A stretch of 64,000 nt of DNA, taken from contig CBDCCI010000002.1 in NCBI GenBank assembly GCA_965214705.1, forward strand, positions 896,001 through 960,000, in the 5' to 3' direction. Positions within the stretch are counted from its first letter, which is position 1, and each line of letters opens with the position of its first letter. Positions 1 through 10,638 of the stretch are shown piece after piece. The position numbers were made by a program, and so were the translations under genes. The notes beneath the pieces were generated by a model that was not told the origin of the DNA, did not search any database, and saw only the letters and a list, made by a program, of their open reading frames with translations. Source of the stretch: Alphaproteobacteria bacterium (GTDB lineage: Bacteria > Pseudomonadota > Alphaproteobacteria > UBA828).

Positions 1-1149
1 GCAAGGGCTACCGCGTCTTGCTCGTCGATCGGGCAACCTTTCCCAGCGACCACACCATATCGACGCATCTGGTCTGGCAGAACGGAACGAACCGTCTGCG
101 TAAATGGGGTCTACTCGACACGGTCGCCGCCTCGAACTGCCCGCCGATGTCTTCCTTCTTCATCGACTTCGGGAATTTCCGGCTCGACGGCGAACCCACG
201 CCGGCGGACGGCCAGAAATATGCGTTCTGTCCCAGACGCTTCCTGCTCGACAAGTTCTTGGTCGATGCCGCCGCGGCGGCCGGCACCGAGGTGCGGGAGG
301 GCGTGTTCGTCCGGGAGCTCGAAGGCGACGGCGACCGTGTGACCGGAATCTCCGGAACCGACAAGAACGGCGCCACCGTTCGAGAGACCGCCCGAATCGT
401 CGTCGGCGCGGACGGCATGAATTCGCTGGTGGCGCGCGCGGTTCAGGCACAGGAATACAACGCGAAACCACGGCTGCAGAGGACTTACTTCAGCTACTGG
501 AGCGACGTGCCGTCCCATGCCGTGGAGATCTACGTCGGGGAATGGCGGGGGGCTTACGCGTTCCCCACCAACGACGGCCTGACGGTGGTCGGCGCGAACT
601 GGACCGCGCGAGACGCTCGCGACGTTAAAGCCGACATCGAGACGAACTACCCCGAAACGCTGGAAGCCTGGACGCCGTCGCTCGCCGAACGGGTGCGCGA
701 TGGCACGCGCGAGTGATCGCTGGCTCGGCGGCTCCATTCCGAGCTTCCTCCGCAAGCCCTATGGACCTGGCTGGGCGCTGGTGGGCGATGCCGGGGTCAC
801 CATGGACCCGTGCACGGCGGAAGGCATCACCAACGCTCTGCGCGATGCCGACTTCTTGGCCGATGCCCTCGACGAGGGTTTCTCCGGCCTGCGACCGATG
901 GACGAAGCGCTTGCCCAGTACGAGCAACGACGCAACGCGGCGATCGTGCCGATCTACGAGCTCACCTGCGAATTGGCGTCCTTCGCGCCGCTGCCGCCCG
1001 ACAGGCGCCAGCTCCTGGAAGCCCTTATCGACAACCAGCCGGACACCAATCGCTTCCTGGGCTTGATCGCCCAGACCGTGTCCATCCCCGAGTTTTTCGC
1101 CGATGAGAATGTACAAAGAATCCTGTCCACCGCATCGAATGTGCACTGA
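1..1149 (+). pseudogene. FAD-dependent oxidoreductase (geranylgeranyl reductase/halogenase-like), 5'-truncated by the window edge and frameshifted near 714
   Basis: ORF 18..716 has VLLVDRATFP and VVGADG. ORF 700..1149 has WALVGDAG-x3-DP-x3-EGI. The junction reads GAG-T-GAT-CGC-TGG, and removing T714 joins both halves in frame. Confidence 0.8.
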
Positions 1150-1308
1150 TCCACGCGGTCGCGCGCGCAGTGACCGCGTGCGACGTTGCGCAGGCTTGGC
1201 GAGGACGGGACGTGTGAGAGGCGCTCCCCGCCTGCTACGATTGCCTGCCTTACAAGAGCTTAGCGGAACGTAGCGATCGCTCGTTCCCGCGGCATAGGGA
1301 CGGGCTCC

Positions 1309-3087
1309 ATGAGCACTGCCGCAACCGGCGGCCGCAAAGGTATCCGCTACCAGCCTGACGAGAGGCCGCCGCCGGCGCTCGCCTTCGGCCTCGGCGCTCA
1401 GATCGCCGTGCTCACCATCGCCGGCATCATCCTGGTGCCCACCATCGTGATGCGTGCCGCCGGCGCGAGCGAGGACTATCTCTCGTGGGCGGTGTTCGGC
1501 ACGGTCGCGATCTGCGGCCTGACCACGGCGCTGCAATCGATCCGCACCGGACGGATCGGTTCAGGCCACGTGCTCATCATGGGGGCCTCCGGGGCCTTCA
1601 TCGCGGTCTGCATCAACGCGATTGCGGCCGGCGGCCCGGCCTTGCTGGCCACGCTGGTCATCATCTCCTCCCTCGTTCCGCTCCTGATTTCCGTTCGCCT
1701 CGCGCTCTTCCAGCGGATCCTGACACCGACGGTCTCGGGCACCGTGATCATGCTGATCCCCGTCACGGTGATGCCGGCCGTCTTCAAGCTCCTGGCGGCG
1801 GTGCCGGAGGGCAGCCCCGCCCTGGCGGCGCCATTGAGCGCGCTTGCGGTGGTGCTCGTTCTGGCAGCCATCGCGTTGAAGGCGTCGGGCGCACTGCGCC
1901 TCTGGGCACCGGTCATCGGCGTCGTCGCCGGCACGGGCGTCGCCGCCGCATTCGGCCTCTATGACGCGGGCCGCGTGGTCGATGCGCCCTGGGTCGGCGT
2001 GCCGGCGGGCGAATGGGCGGGCTTCGATGTCGAATTCGGTCCGTCGTTCTGGGCGCTGCTTCCGGCCTTCCTCCTGGTGGCCGTGATCGCCACCATCCGC
2101 TCCATCAGCGGCGCCGTAGCGATCCAGCGGGTCTCGTGGCGGCGGACGCGGGCTGTGGACTTTCGGGCGGTGCAAGGGGCGATCACCGTGGACGGGATCG
2201 GCAACGTGCTTTCCGGCCTCGTGGGCACGACGCCGAATACGGCCACCACGGTGGGTGCGTCGGTGACCGAGCTCACCGGTGTGGGCGCGCGCAGCGTCGG
2301 CATCGCATGCGGGGCAGTCTTCTTCGCAGCGGCGTTCCTGCCCAAGCTGCTGGCCCTGGTGCTCGCAATACCGGGGCCGGTGATCGCTGCCTACCTCGGG
2401 GTCCTGCTGGCGACGCTCTTCGTGATCGGCATGAGGATCGCCATCCAGGACGGCATCGACTACCGCAAGGGCCTGATCGTCGGCGTCTCGTTCTGGATCG
2501 GGGTCGGCTTCCAGAACGACCTTGTGTATCCCGAGCACATCTCGGAATTCGCAGGCGGTCTCTTGCGCAACGGGGTCACGGCCGGCGGGGTCACGGCCAT
2601 CCTGATGACCTTCTTCGTGGAGTTGACCAAACCCCGCCGCAGCCGCATGGAGGAGGCATTCGACCTCTCGGTCCTGCCGAAGATCAGGGAGTTTCTCGGC
2701 GTCTTCGCGACCCGCAGCGGCTGGGATGGGGCGATGGCGGAGCGGCTGGACGCCGTCTGTGAAGAGACGCTGCTGACCCTCGTCCGGCATGAGCAAGAGG
2801 GAGAGGAGAAGCAGGAACGCCGCCTGCGGCTGGTGGCCTACAGGGAAGGCAATGGCGCGGTTCTCGAGTTCGTCGTCGCGTCGCGAGAGGGCAATATCCA
2901 GGATCGCCTTTCGCTGCTCGGCGACCAGCCCGGTGAGGTCTCGGCCGAGCAGGAGGTCTCGCTTCGCCTGTTGCGCCGGCTCGCTTCCTCCGTCCGCCAT
3001 CAGCAGTATCATGGCACCGACATCGTGACGATTCGCGTGGCAGCGGTGGTGGCTGACGAAACAGGGGCGGCCGGCGAAAGGAATTGA
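1309..3087 (+). CDS. NCS2 (xanthine/uracil) family permease with a C-terminal soluble HATPase-like domain; sup-cluster-associated permease
   Basis: N-terminal YQPDERPP, many hydrophobic TM segments and an NCS2-like region (DGIGNVLSGL...TGVGAR), followed by a ~150-aa hydrophilic tail. Lies directly upstream of the PKS. Confidence 0.8.
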   Translation: MSTAATGGRKGIRYQPDERPPPALAFGLGAQIAVLTIAGIILVPTIVMRAAGASEDYLSWAVFGTVAICGLTTALQSIRTGRIGSGHVLIMGASGAFIAVCINAIAAGGPALLATLVIISSLVPLLISVRLALFQRILTPTVSGTVIMLIPVTVMPAVFKLLAAVPEGSPALAAPLSALAVVLVLAAIALKASGALRLWAPVIGVVAGTGVAAAFGLYDAGRVVDAPWVGVPAGEWAGFDVEFGPSFWALLPAFLLVAVIATIRSISGAVAIQRVSWRRTRAVDFRAVQGAITVDGIGNVLSGLVGTTPNTATTVGASVTELTGVGARSVGIACGAVFFAAAFLPKLLALVLAIPGPVIAAYLGVLLATLFVIGMRIAIQDGIDYRKGLIVGVSFWIGVGFQNDLVYPEHISEFAGGLLRNGVTAGGVTAILMTFFVELTKPRRSRMEEAFDLSVLPKIREFLGVFATRSGWDGAMAERLDAVCEETLLTLVRHEQEGEEKQERRLRLVAYREGNGAVLEFVVASREGNIQDRLSLLGDQPGEVSAEQEVSLRLLRRLASSVRHQQYHGTDIVTIRVAAVVADETGAAGERN

Positions 3088-3192
3088 AAGTGTCACACCA
3101 ATCAACGACAGCCTTAGCTTATGTGAATGCCACTGGCCCATAAGCGTGGGTTAGAATAACCATTCCGTCCTCCTGACTGAGGGAGTATCGCG

Positions 3193-6100
3193 ATGGCGGA
3201 GCGAGACAGGGCTTGCGGACGCGCGAGCGACGCGCCCGACTTAAACGACGAACGCGCGCCGGAAGTCTCCGGGGCGAATGAACCAATAGCGATCGTCGGC
3301 ATGGCGTGCCGGTTTCCCGGCGCCAACGGCATTTCCGCCTTCTGGCGTTTGCTTGAGGAGGGCGGGAACGCCGTGCAGGAGGGCGAGCCGGGCTCCGGCA
3401 TCGGGCGCATCGGCGCGCTCTTCCCCGACGATACGGGTCAGATTCAAGCCTGCCGCTTCGGCGCCTATCTGGAAGAGCTCGAGCAGTTCGATGCCGCCTT
3501 CTTCCGTATTTCGCCGGTGGAAGCGCAACTGCTGGACCCCCAGCAACGGTTGATTCTGGAGACGAGCTGGCGGGCGCTCGAAGACGCGGGCATCGATCCC
3601 GAAGGGCTGAAGGACAGCCGCACCGGTGTCTATGCGGGGATCAGCAACAACGACTACCGAGGGCTGATTCTGGAGGCCAGCGAGAACGCGGGGGCCGCCG
3701 AACCCGCCGCGAGTCTTTATGCGGTCACCGGCACCTCCCTCAATACGGCCATCGGCCGGGTTGCGTTCGCGCTCGGCCTCGGGGGGCCGGCGATGGCAGT
3801 GGACACCGCCTGCTCGTCATCATTGGTCGCGACGCATCAGGCCGTCTCCGGCCTGCAGCGGGGCGACGCAGACCTCGCGCTCGCCGGTGGGGTGAACATC
3901 ATTCTCTCGGGTCGGCTTCTGGAATTTCGTGCCAACGCCGGGATGTTGTCGCCGGACGGCCAATGCAAGACCTTCGACGCCTCCGCCAACGGATATGTCA
4001 GGGGCGAAGGCTGCGGGATTCTAGTGCTGAAGCGGCTCGCCGAGGCGGAGGCGGACGGTGACCGCATCTGGGGGGTCATACGGGGCACGGCACTGAACCA
4101 GGACGGCGCGAGCCAGGGTCTGACGGTTCCGAACGGGGCGGCGCAGGAACGAGTGATCCAGGCGGCGCTCAAGCGGGCTGGAGTCCGGCCTTCGGATATC
4201 GACTATCTGGAGGCGCACGGGACCGGCACCGAGGTGGGCGACCCGATCGAGATCAATGCGACGGCGGCGGTCTACGAGCGCGGTCGGGATGCTGGCCGCC
4301 CGCTGCTGATCGGCTCAGTCAAGACCAACATCGGGCATCTGGAATCCGCGGCAGGGGTCGCGGGGCTGATCAAGACTGTGCTTGCGATGAATCGGCGAGT
4401 CATCCCCAAGCACCTCCATTTTCGCAATCCCAATCCGGAGATGGACTGGGAGCGGCTGCCATTGCAGGTGACGTCCGCCCCGACGTCGTGGCCCGCCCAT
4501 GCAGACCGCGCGCCGCTGGCGGGTGTGAGCGGGTTCGGATGGTCCGGGACGAACGCCCACGTCGTGCTGGAGGGATATGGCGCGCCGAACAACGCAGAAT
4601 GGGGCACGGGCGCCGCGCGGCCGGTTGCGGTGTCGCTGCCGGCGTCGGTCGCCGGGCTCGCGCAGTCGGCGGGCGGGCTTGCCCTACGCGGAACGCGCCT
4701 GCTGCCGCTCTCCGGAAAGTCGGCCGCGGCGCTTCGCGACATGGCAGGACGCTATCTCGCCTGGCTCGACGAGGACGCCGACGCGGCCTTGCTCGCCGAC
4801 ATGGCATGGACGGCCGCCACAGGCCGGAGCCACTTCGGCCACCGGGCAGGAGTGGCGTTCCAGGACGCGGAGTCACTGCGTGAGGGTTTGCGGGCGATCG
4901 TCGAGGCGGACGAGAGACCGGCATCGCGCAAGGCGGCGAAGGTCGCGTTTGCCTACACCGGACAGGCCAGCCAGTGGCCCGGCATGGGCGAGGCACTCTA
5001 TGCGAGCGAGCCGGTGGTGCGCGCGGTGCTCGACCGCTGCGACGCGGTGCTCGCGGAGGACCGGGGCGGCGCCTCGCTGCTGGACGTGATGTTCGGGCGG
5101 CCCGGTGCGGCCGGCGATCTGGACGATCCGCACTGGAAGCAGCCGGCGATCTACGCGCTGGAGTGCGCGCTCGCGGCACTCTGGGAGAGCATCGGTATCC
5201 GACCGGACGTGGTGCTCGGGCACAGCCTGGGGGAGATCGCGGCGGCGCATACCGCCGGCGTCTTCGGCCTGGAGGAAGGCCTGCACTTCGCGGCGGCGCG
5301 GGGTTCGCTGATTGGCGCCCTGCCCGGCAAGGGCGCGATGGCGGCTGTGTTCGCGCCGCCCTCCCGCGTGGCCGACGCCGTGGAAGAGCTGAACGCCGCC
5401 TCCGGCGGGCCGGGTCTGAGCGTCGCTGCGGACAACGGCGCCCACCAGGTGGTGAGCGGACCGGCGGCGGATATCGAAACGATCCTCGCCCGCTTCGAGG
5501 CGGAGGAGGTTCGCGTCGCGCGACTGCGCAGGAGCCCGGCCTACCACAGCGCCATGATCGAGCCGGCATTGGGCGATCTGGAGGCCGAAATCTCGACAAT
5601 CGCATTCCAGCCGCCGTCGCTCCCCTTCGTCAGCAACCTGACCGGCCGGGCGCTGGACGCGGGCGAGGCGCCGGACGCGCCCTATTGGCGGCGCCAGGCG
5701 CGTGAGCCGGTGGCCTTCCGCGCCTGCATCGAGACGCTGGCGGAGATCGGCGTGGATGCCGTCATCGAGATTGGCCCCCACGCCGTGCTGGGGCCGATGA
5801 CGACCATGGCGTGGCCGGAGTCGGCCGGCACGGCGCCGGCGGTTCTCTCCAGTCTGCAGCGGCCGTCCAAGGACGAAGCCCCGCCATCGCCGGGCTCCGG
5901 CGGCGGCTTCGTAGAGGCGGTTGCCGGCGCCTACGAGGCGGGGCTTCCGCTCCGCTTCGAAGGACTCTTCGCCGGTGAATCGCGGAGCAAGATCGCGCTG
6001 CCGGGCTATCCATTCCAGCGCGAGCGTTATTGGGTCGAGGCACCGAAGCGGCGGCGGCAGTCAAGCGACCACCCGTTGCTCGGCAGCCGGCACGAGTCCG

Positions 6101-9100
6101 CGAGCGGGGAGATCGCCTTCGACACGGAGGTCTTCCCATCCGATCCGGCGTGGCTCGCCGACCATCGCGTTTTCGGCCGGTTGATCGCGCCGGGCGCGCT
6201 ATACGGTGCCATGGCGGTATCGGCCACCCTCGCCGAGGGCAGCGACGCGGTGATCGTCGAAGACTTCCAGATGCAGAGCGCGCTGGTCTTCCCCGACGAG
6301 GACGCCGAGGACGGCACCGGCGATGCGGGCCGGCGTGTGCAGGTGCTGTTCGACGACGCTGAGGACGAGGCGGCTCGCCGGGTCCGCATCCTCAGCCGCG
6401 GCGACGCTGAGGACGGGTGGACGCAGCACGCGGAGGGTCGTATTTCGGCAAGCTCAGCTGGGCAGTCGCAAGCAGCCCCGCCGCTCGATATCGAGGGGCT
6501 GAAGGCCGCCCTCACGCCGGTGGATCTCGCGGCTTACTACCGCGCCAAGGCCGCCGTCGGGATCGATCTCGGCCCCTCGTTCCGTACGGTGGAGGGGCTA
6601 TGGGCACGGCGGGGCGAGGCGCTCGCCGAAGTGGCGCTCCCGGCCGGTGTGGAGCGAAACCCGTTCGACGTGCACCCGCTCGTGCTCGACGGCTGCTTCC
6701 AGGTCTTCGGCGCGGCGCGCAACCCCGACGGTGGCGAGGAAGGGATCACCTATCTGCCCTTCGCGTGGGAGCGGCTGTGGCTGGCTGTCGGCTTGCCGGA
6801 GCGTCTGTTCTGTCACGTGACTGTGAAGGAAGGCCGGCCCGGCGAGGAGGCGGACACTGAGGGCGGTGGAATACCGGAGGTTCATGCCGCCGACCTTCGC
6901 CTCTACGACCAAGACGGGGCGCTCATCGGGGAGTTGACCGGCTTCACCGTGAAGCGGGCAACGCGGGCGGCGCTGCTCGAAGGCGTGGAAGGGATCGACG
7001 AGCTTCTCTACGAAGTCGTATGGCGCGACTGCGCCTTGCCGCCGGGCATGCTGCCGGCAGACTTTCTGCCGAGTCCGTCGGCCGCGGCGTCCCGCTCGCA
7101 GCCATTCTCCCGGTATCTGACCGATGAGGGAGTCGAGGTCGCGGACGAGACCGACCTCCAAGGGGAAATGGGGCGGGCGTCGTGGTGCTACGCGCTCTCG
7201 GCCCTGGAAACGCTCGGTTGGGAGCGAAGCGCGAGCGCGGTCGTAAACCCGGAGGAGCTGCGCAAGCGCCTGGAAGTTCTGCCCGAACACGCGCATCTGC
7301 TCCGCCGGATGCTCGAGATCCTGGCTCGTTCGGGCGTGTTGCAGGCGAAGGACGAAGGTTTTGTTGTAAGGATCGGAGCGGACGATCCGTTGCCGGACGA
7401 AATGCCGTGCGATTCAGAGGCGTTTCTGGCCGAGGTAACCGGGCGCTTCCCGCACGCGGCGAACGAGATCGGGCTGTTTCGGCGCTGCGCCGGTGCCCTG
7501 CCCGATGTGCTGCGCGGCAACGAGGATCCTCTGTCGCTGCTGTTCGGCGACGCGGAGCCGACGGCCGGCGATCTGTATCGGCTCGCGCCGGTCTGGCGGG
7601 CAGCGAACCGCATGATCGGCGAGGTGGTTCGCACGCTCGTGGACAACGTGCCGGACGGGCGGCGTCTGCGCGTACTGGAGGTGGGCGCCGGCATCGGCTC
7701 GGCGACCGAAACCATCCTGCCCGAGCTTCCGGTCGGGCGGTTCGACCTCATGTATACCGACATCTCCGCAGGCTTCTTCGCGGAGGCGGAATCGCGCTTC
7801 GGCGGCGCCGAGGCGTCGATCGACTACCGGGTGCTGGATATCGAGAAGGACCCGGTGGAGCAGGGCTTCGAGCCCCACGCATACGACATGGTCATCGCGG
7901 CCAACGTGCTACACGCCACGAGCCATCTGGACGAGACGCTCGCCCACTGCCGGGCGCTCCTGGCCCCGTCGGGGCTGCTGGTGGCGCTAGAGAACCAGCG
8001 TGGTAGGGGCTGGATGGACCTGATCTTCGGTCAGCTGGACGGATGGTGGCGCTTCGCCGATCGCTACCGCCCGAACCACGCCCTCGCCGGACCCGACGTG
8101 TGGCGTCAGGCGCTGGCCGATGCGGGGTTCACGGAATCCGAGGTTCTCGGCGTGGACCGATCGGAGACGGCCGGCCTGCCGGATCGAGGGGTGATCGTGG
8201 CGCAGGGCCCAGCGGAGATCGACCTGCCCGAGGGCGCCTGGATTCTGGCTGCCGACCGGGGCGGCGCTGCGGCGGCACTCGCGGCGCAACTCGCGGCACA
8301 GAACCAACGGGTGGTGCTGGCCGGCGACGATCCGGCGGGCACGGGCGCGGCGGCAGAGAGCGAGGCCGGGATCGTCGCGGCTTCAGTCGAGATGGAGTGC
8401 CGCGAGTCCTGGCGATCGCTCGTCGAAGGCCTGTCCCCGGACGTGCCTTTCGCCGGCGCGGTGCACCTCGTCGCGCAGGACGGCCATGGAGCGGACGCGA
8501 CGACCGCAGACTTGGCGGCGGATGCGAAACGGGCGGCGGCGAGCGCGCTCGCGCTCGTGCAGGGCATCGCGGACGCAGACGCCGTGCCCGAAAAGGGCCT
8601 CTGGTTCGTCACCAGGGGTGCGCAGGTGCTGGAGCGGGAGCGGACCGGACAGTTGGCCGGCGCCGCCCTTTGGGGCCTGGGCAAGGTGGTGGTGCGGGAG
8701 GCGCCCCAGCTGCAATCCCGGATGCTCGATCTCGACCCCGAGGCAGCGGAGCCGCAGGCCGTCCTCGCGGATGAATTGCTGTTCCCGGATTCGGAGAACC
8801 ACATCGCGCACCGCCAGGTAGCCCGGCTGGTGCGGACGGGTTCCGGCGCGGAGCGTCTTGCCCTGCCGGAGGAGGCGGATTGGGTGCTGGCACCGGACGA
8901 GGGAGGGGCGATCGAGACACTGCGGGTGCAGCCGCTGGCGGCGCGTGCCCTGGAGCCGAAGGAGGTGCGCGTCGCGGTCGAAGCCTGCGGGCTCAACTTC
9001 CTTGATGTGTTCCGAGCCATGGGCCTGGTCGAGGAGGGACTACTCGGCGAGGAATTCTGCGGCCGGATTGTCGAAACCGGTTCGGACGTAACCTCCGTCA

Positions 9101-10638
9101 CGGTGGGCGACCGCGTGGCCGGCTTTGCGTTCGGCACCTTCGGGCCGGAGGTGGTGACGCGGGAGGAACTGGTCGCGCTTGCGCCGCCGGACGTGTCGGC
9201 GACGGCGCTCGCCACGATCCCCTCGGTGTTTGTGACATGCGTGCTGTCATATGAGCTTGCCGGGCTGAAGGCCGGGGACCGCGTGTTGATTCACGCCGGC
9301 GCGGGCGGAGTCGGCCTTGCGGCCATCCAGCTCGCCCAGGCGGCAGGGGCGGAAGTGTTCGCCACGGCGAGCACGCGCAAGCGAGCCTATCTCCGCTCGC
9401 TCGGCGTCGAGCATGTGTTTGACAGCCGCTTGACCGCGTTCGGTGAGGAAATCCTCGCGGCCACAGGCGGCGCTGGGGTCGACGTGGTGCTGAACAGCTT
9501 GACTGGCGAGGGCTTTATCGAGGCGAGCCTCGCCTGCCTCGCCGAGCGCGGCCGCTTCGTGGAACTCGCCAGGCGGGATATCCTGAGCGAGGACGAGATG
9601 GCGGCACTGCGGCCGGATGTCGCCTATTCGATCCTCGATCTCTACACCCTGAAACAGCAGGATCCCGCGCGTCCCGGTGCGGCCCTGAAAGAGGTGCTGG
9701 CACGCATCACTACGGGCGAGCTTGCGCCGCTCAGGCACACCAGATGGCCGCTAGCCGAGACGAGCGCCGCGATGGGCTACATGCGCGCGGCGCGACATAT
9801 CGGCAAGATCGTGCTGACGACGTCTCCCCTCGGGGCGGGCCGGCTGCGGCAGGACCGGACCTACCTGGTGACCGGCGGCCTCGGGGGCATCGGCTGTGCG
9901 CTTGCCGAGTGGCTGGCCGAGCGCGGCGCGGGCACGGTCGTGCTGAACGGCCGACGGGCACCGGACGCGGCTGCCGAAGAGGCGATCGAGGCGCTGCGCG
10001 CCCGCGGGTTCAGCGTGGAGGTCGAGCTTGCGGACGTGACGGATCCGGCCGCGCTGGATGCCATGCTCGCGCGGATGGACGGGGCCCTGCCGCCGCTCGC
10101 CGGGGTGATCCACAGCGTCGGCGTGCTGGCCGACGCCGCGCTCGGAAACCAGAGCTGGGAGAGCTTCGAGACCGTGCTGTGGCCGAAGATGCTCGGCGCA
10201 TGGCACCTCCACCGCGCAACCGCCGATCGCGACCTCGACCTCTTCGTTATCTTCTCGAGCGTGGCCGGCATCCTGGGCAATCCGGGCCAGGCCAATCACG
10301 CGGCGGCCAACGCGTTCCTCGATCAGCTCGCCGCCCACCGGCGCGCGCTGGGTCTTCCGGGCCAGGCCATCGCCTGGGGTGCGTGGTCGGGGCTCGGCGA
10401 GGCGGAGGAGCAGCGCGAGCGGATCGCACAGCGGCGGGAGGCATCGGGAACGGGCTGGTTCACGCCGGAGCAGGGCTTCAAGGCGCTCGATCGTCTGCTG
10501 CGGCAGGACGCCGCTGCCGCTGCCGTGCTGACGGCGGACTGGGCAGCGTTCGGCGAGGCCCTAGAGAGCCGCCCACCCCTGTTCGAGGACCTGCTCTCTG
10601 ACGCGTCCGCGGACGACGAAGCCGCGGCCTCGTCGGAA
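3193..10638 (+). pseudogene. supA: SupA-type iterative PKS, fragment 1 (KS-AT-DH-cMT-ER-KR), interrupted by IS1634
   Basis: KS DTACSSSL/EAHGTGT/NIGHLE; AT GHSLG; DH HRVFGRLIAP; MT VLEVGAGIGS; ER IHAGAGGVG; KR TGGLGGIG. Host sequence ends at the GGAA duplication, 10635-10638. Confidence 0.9.
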
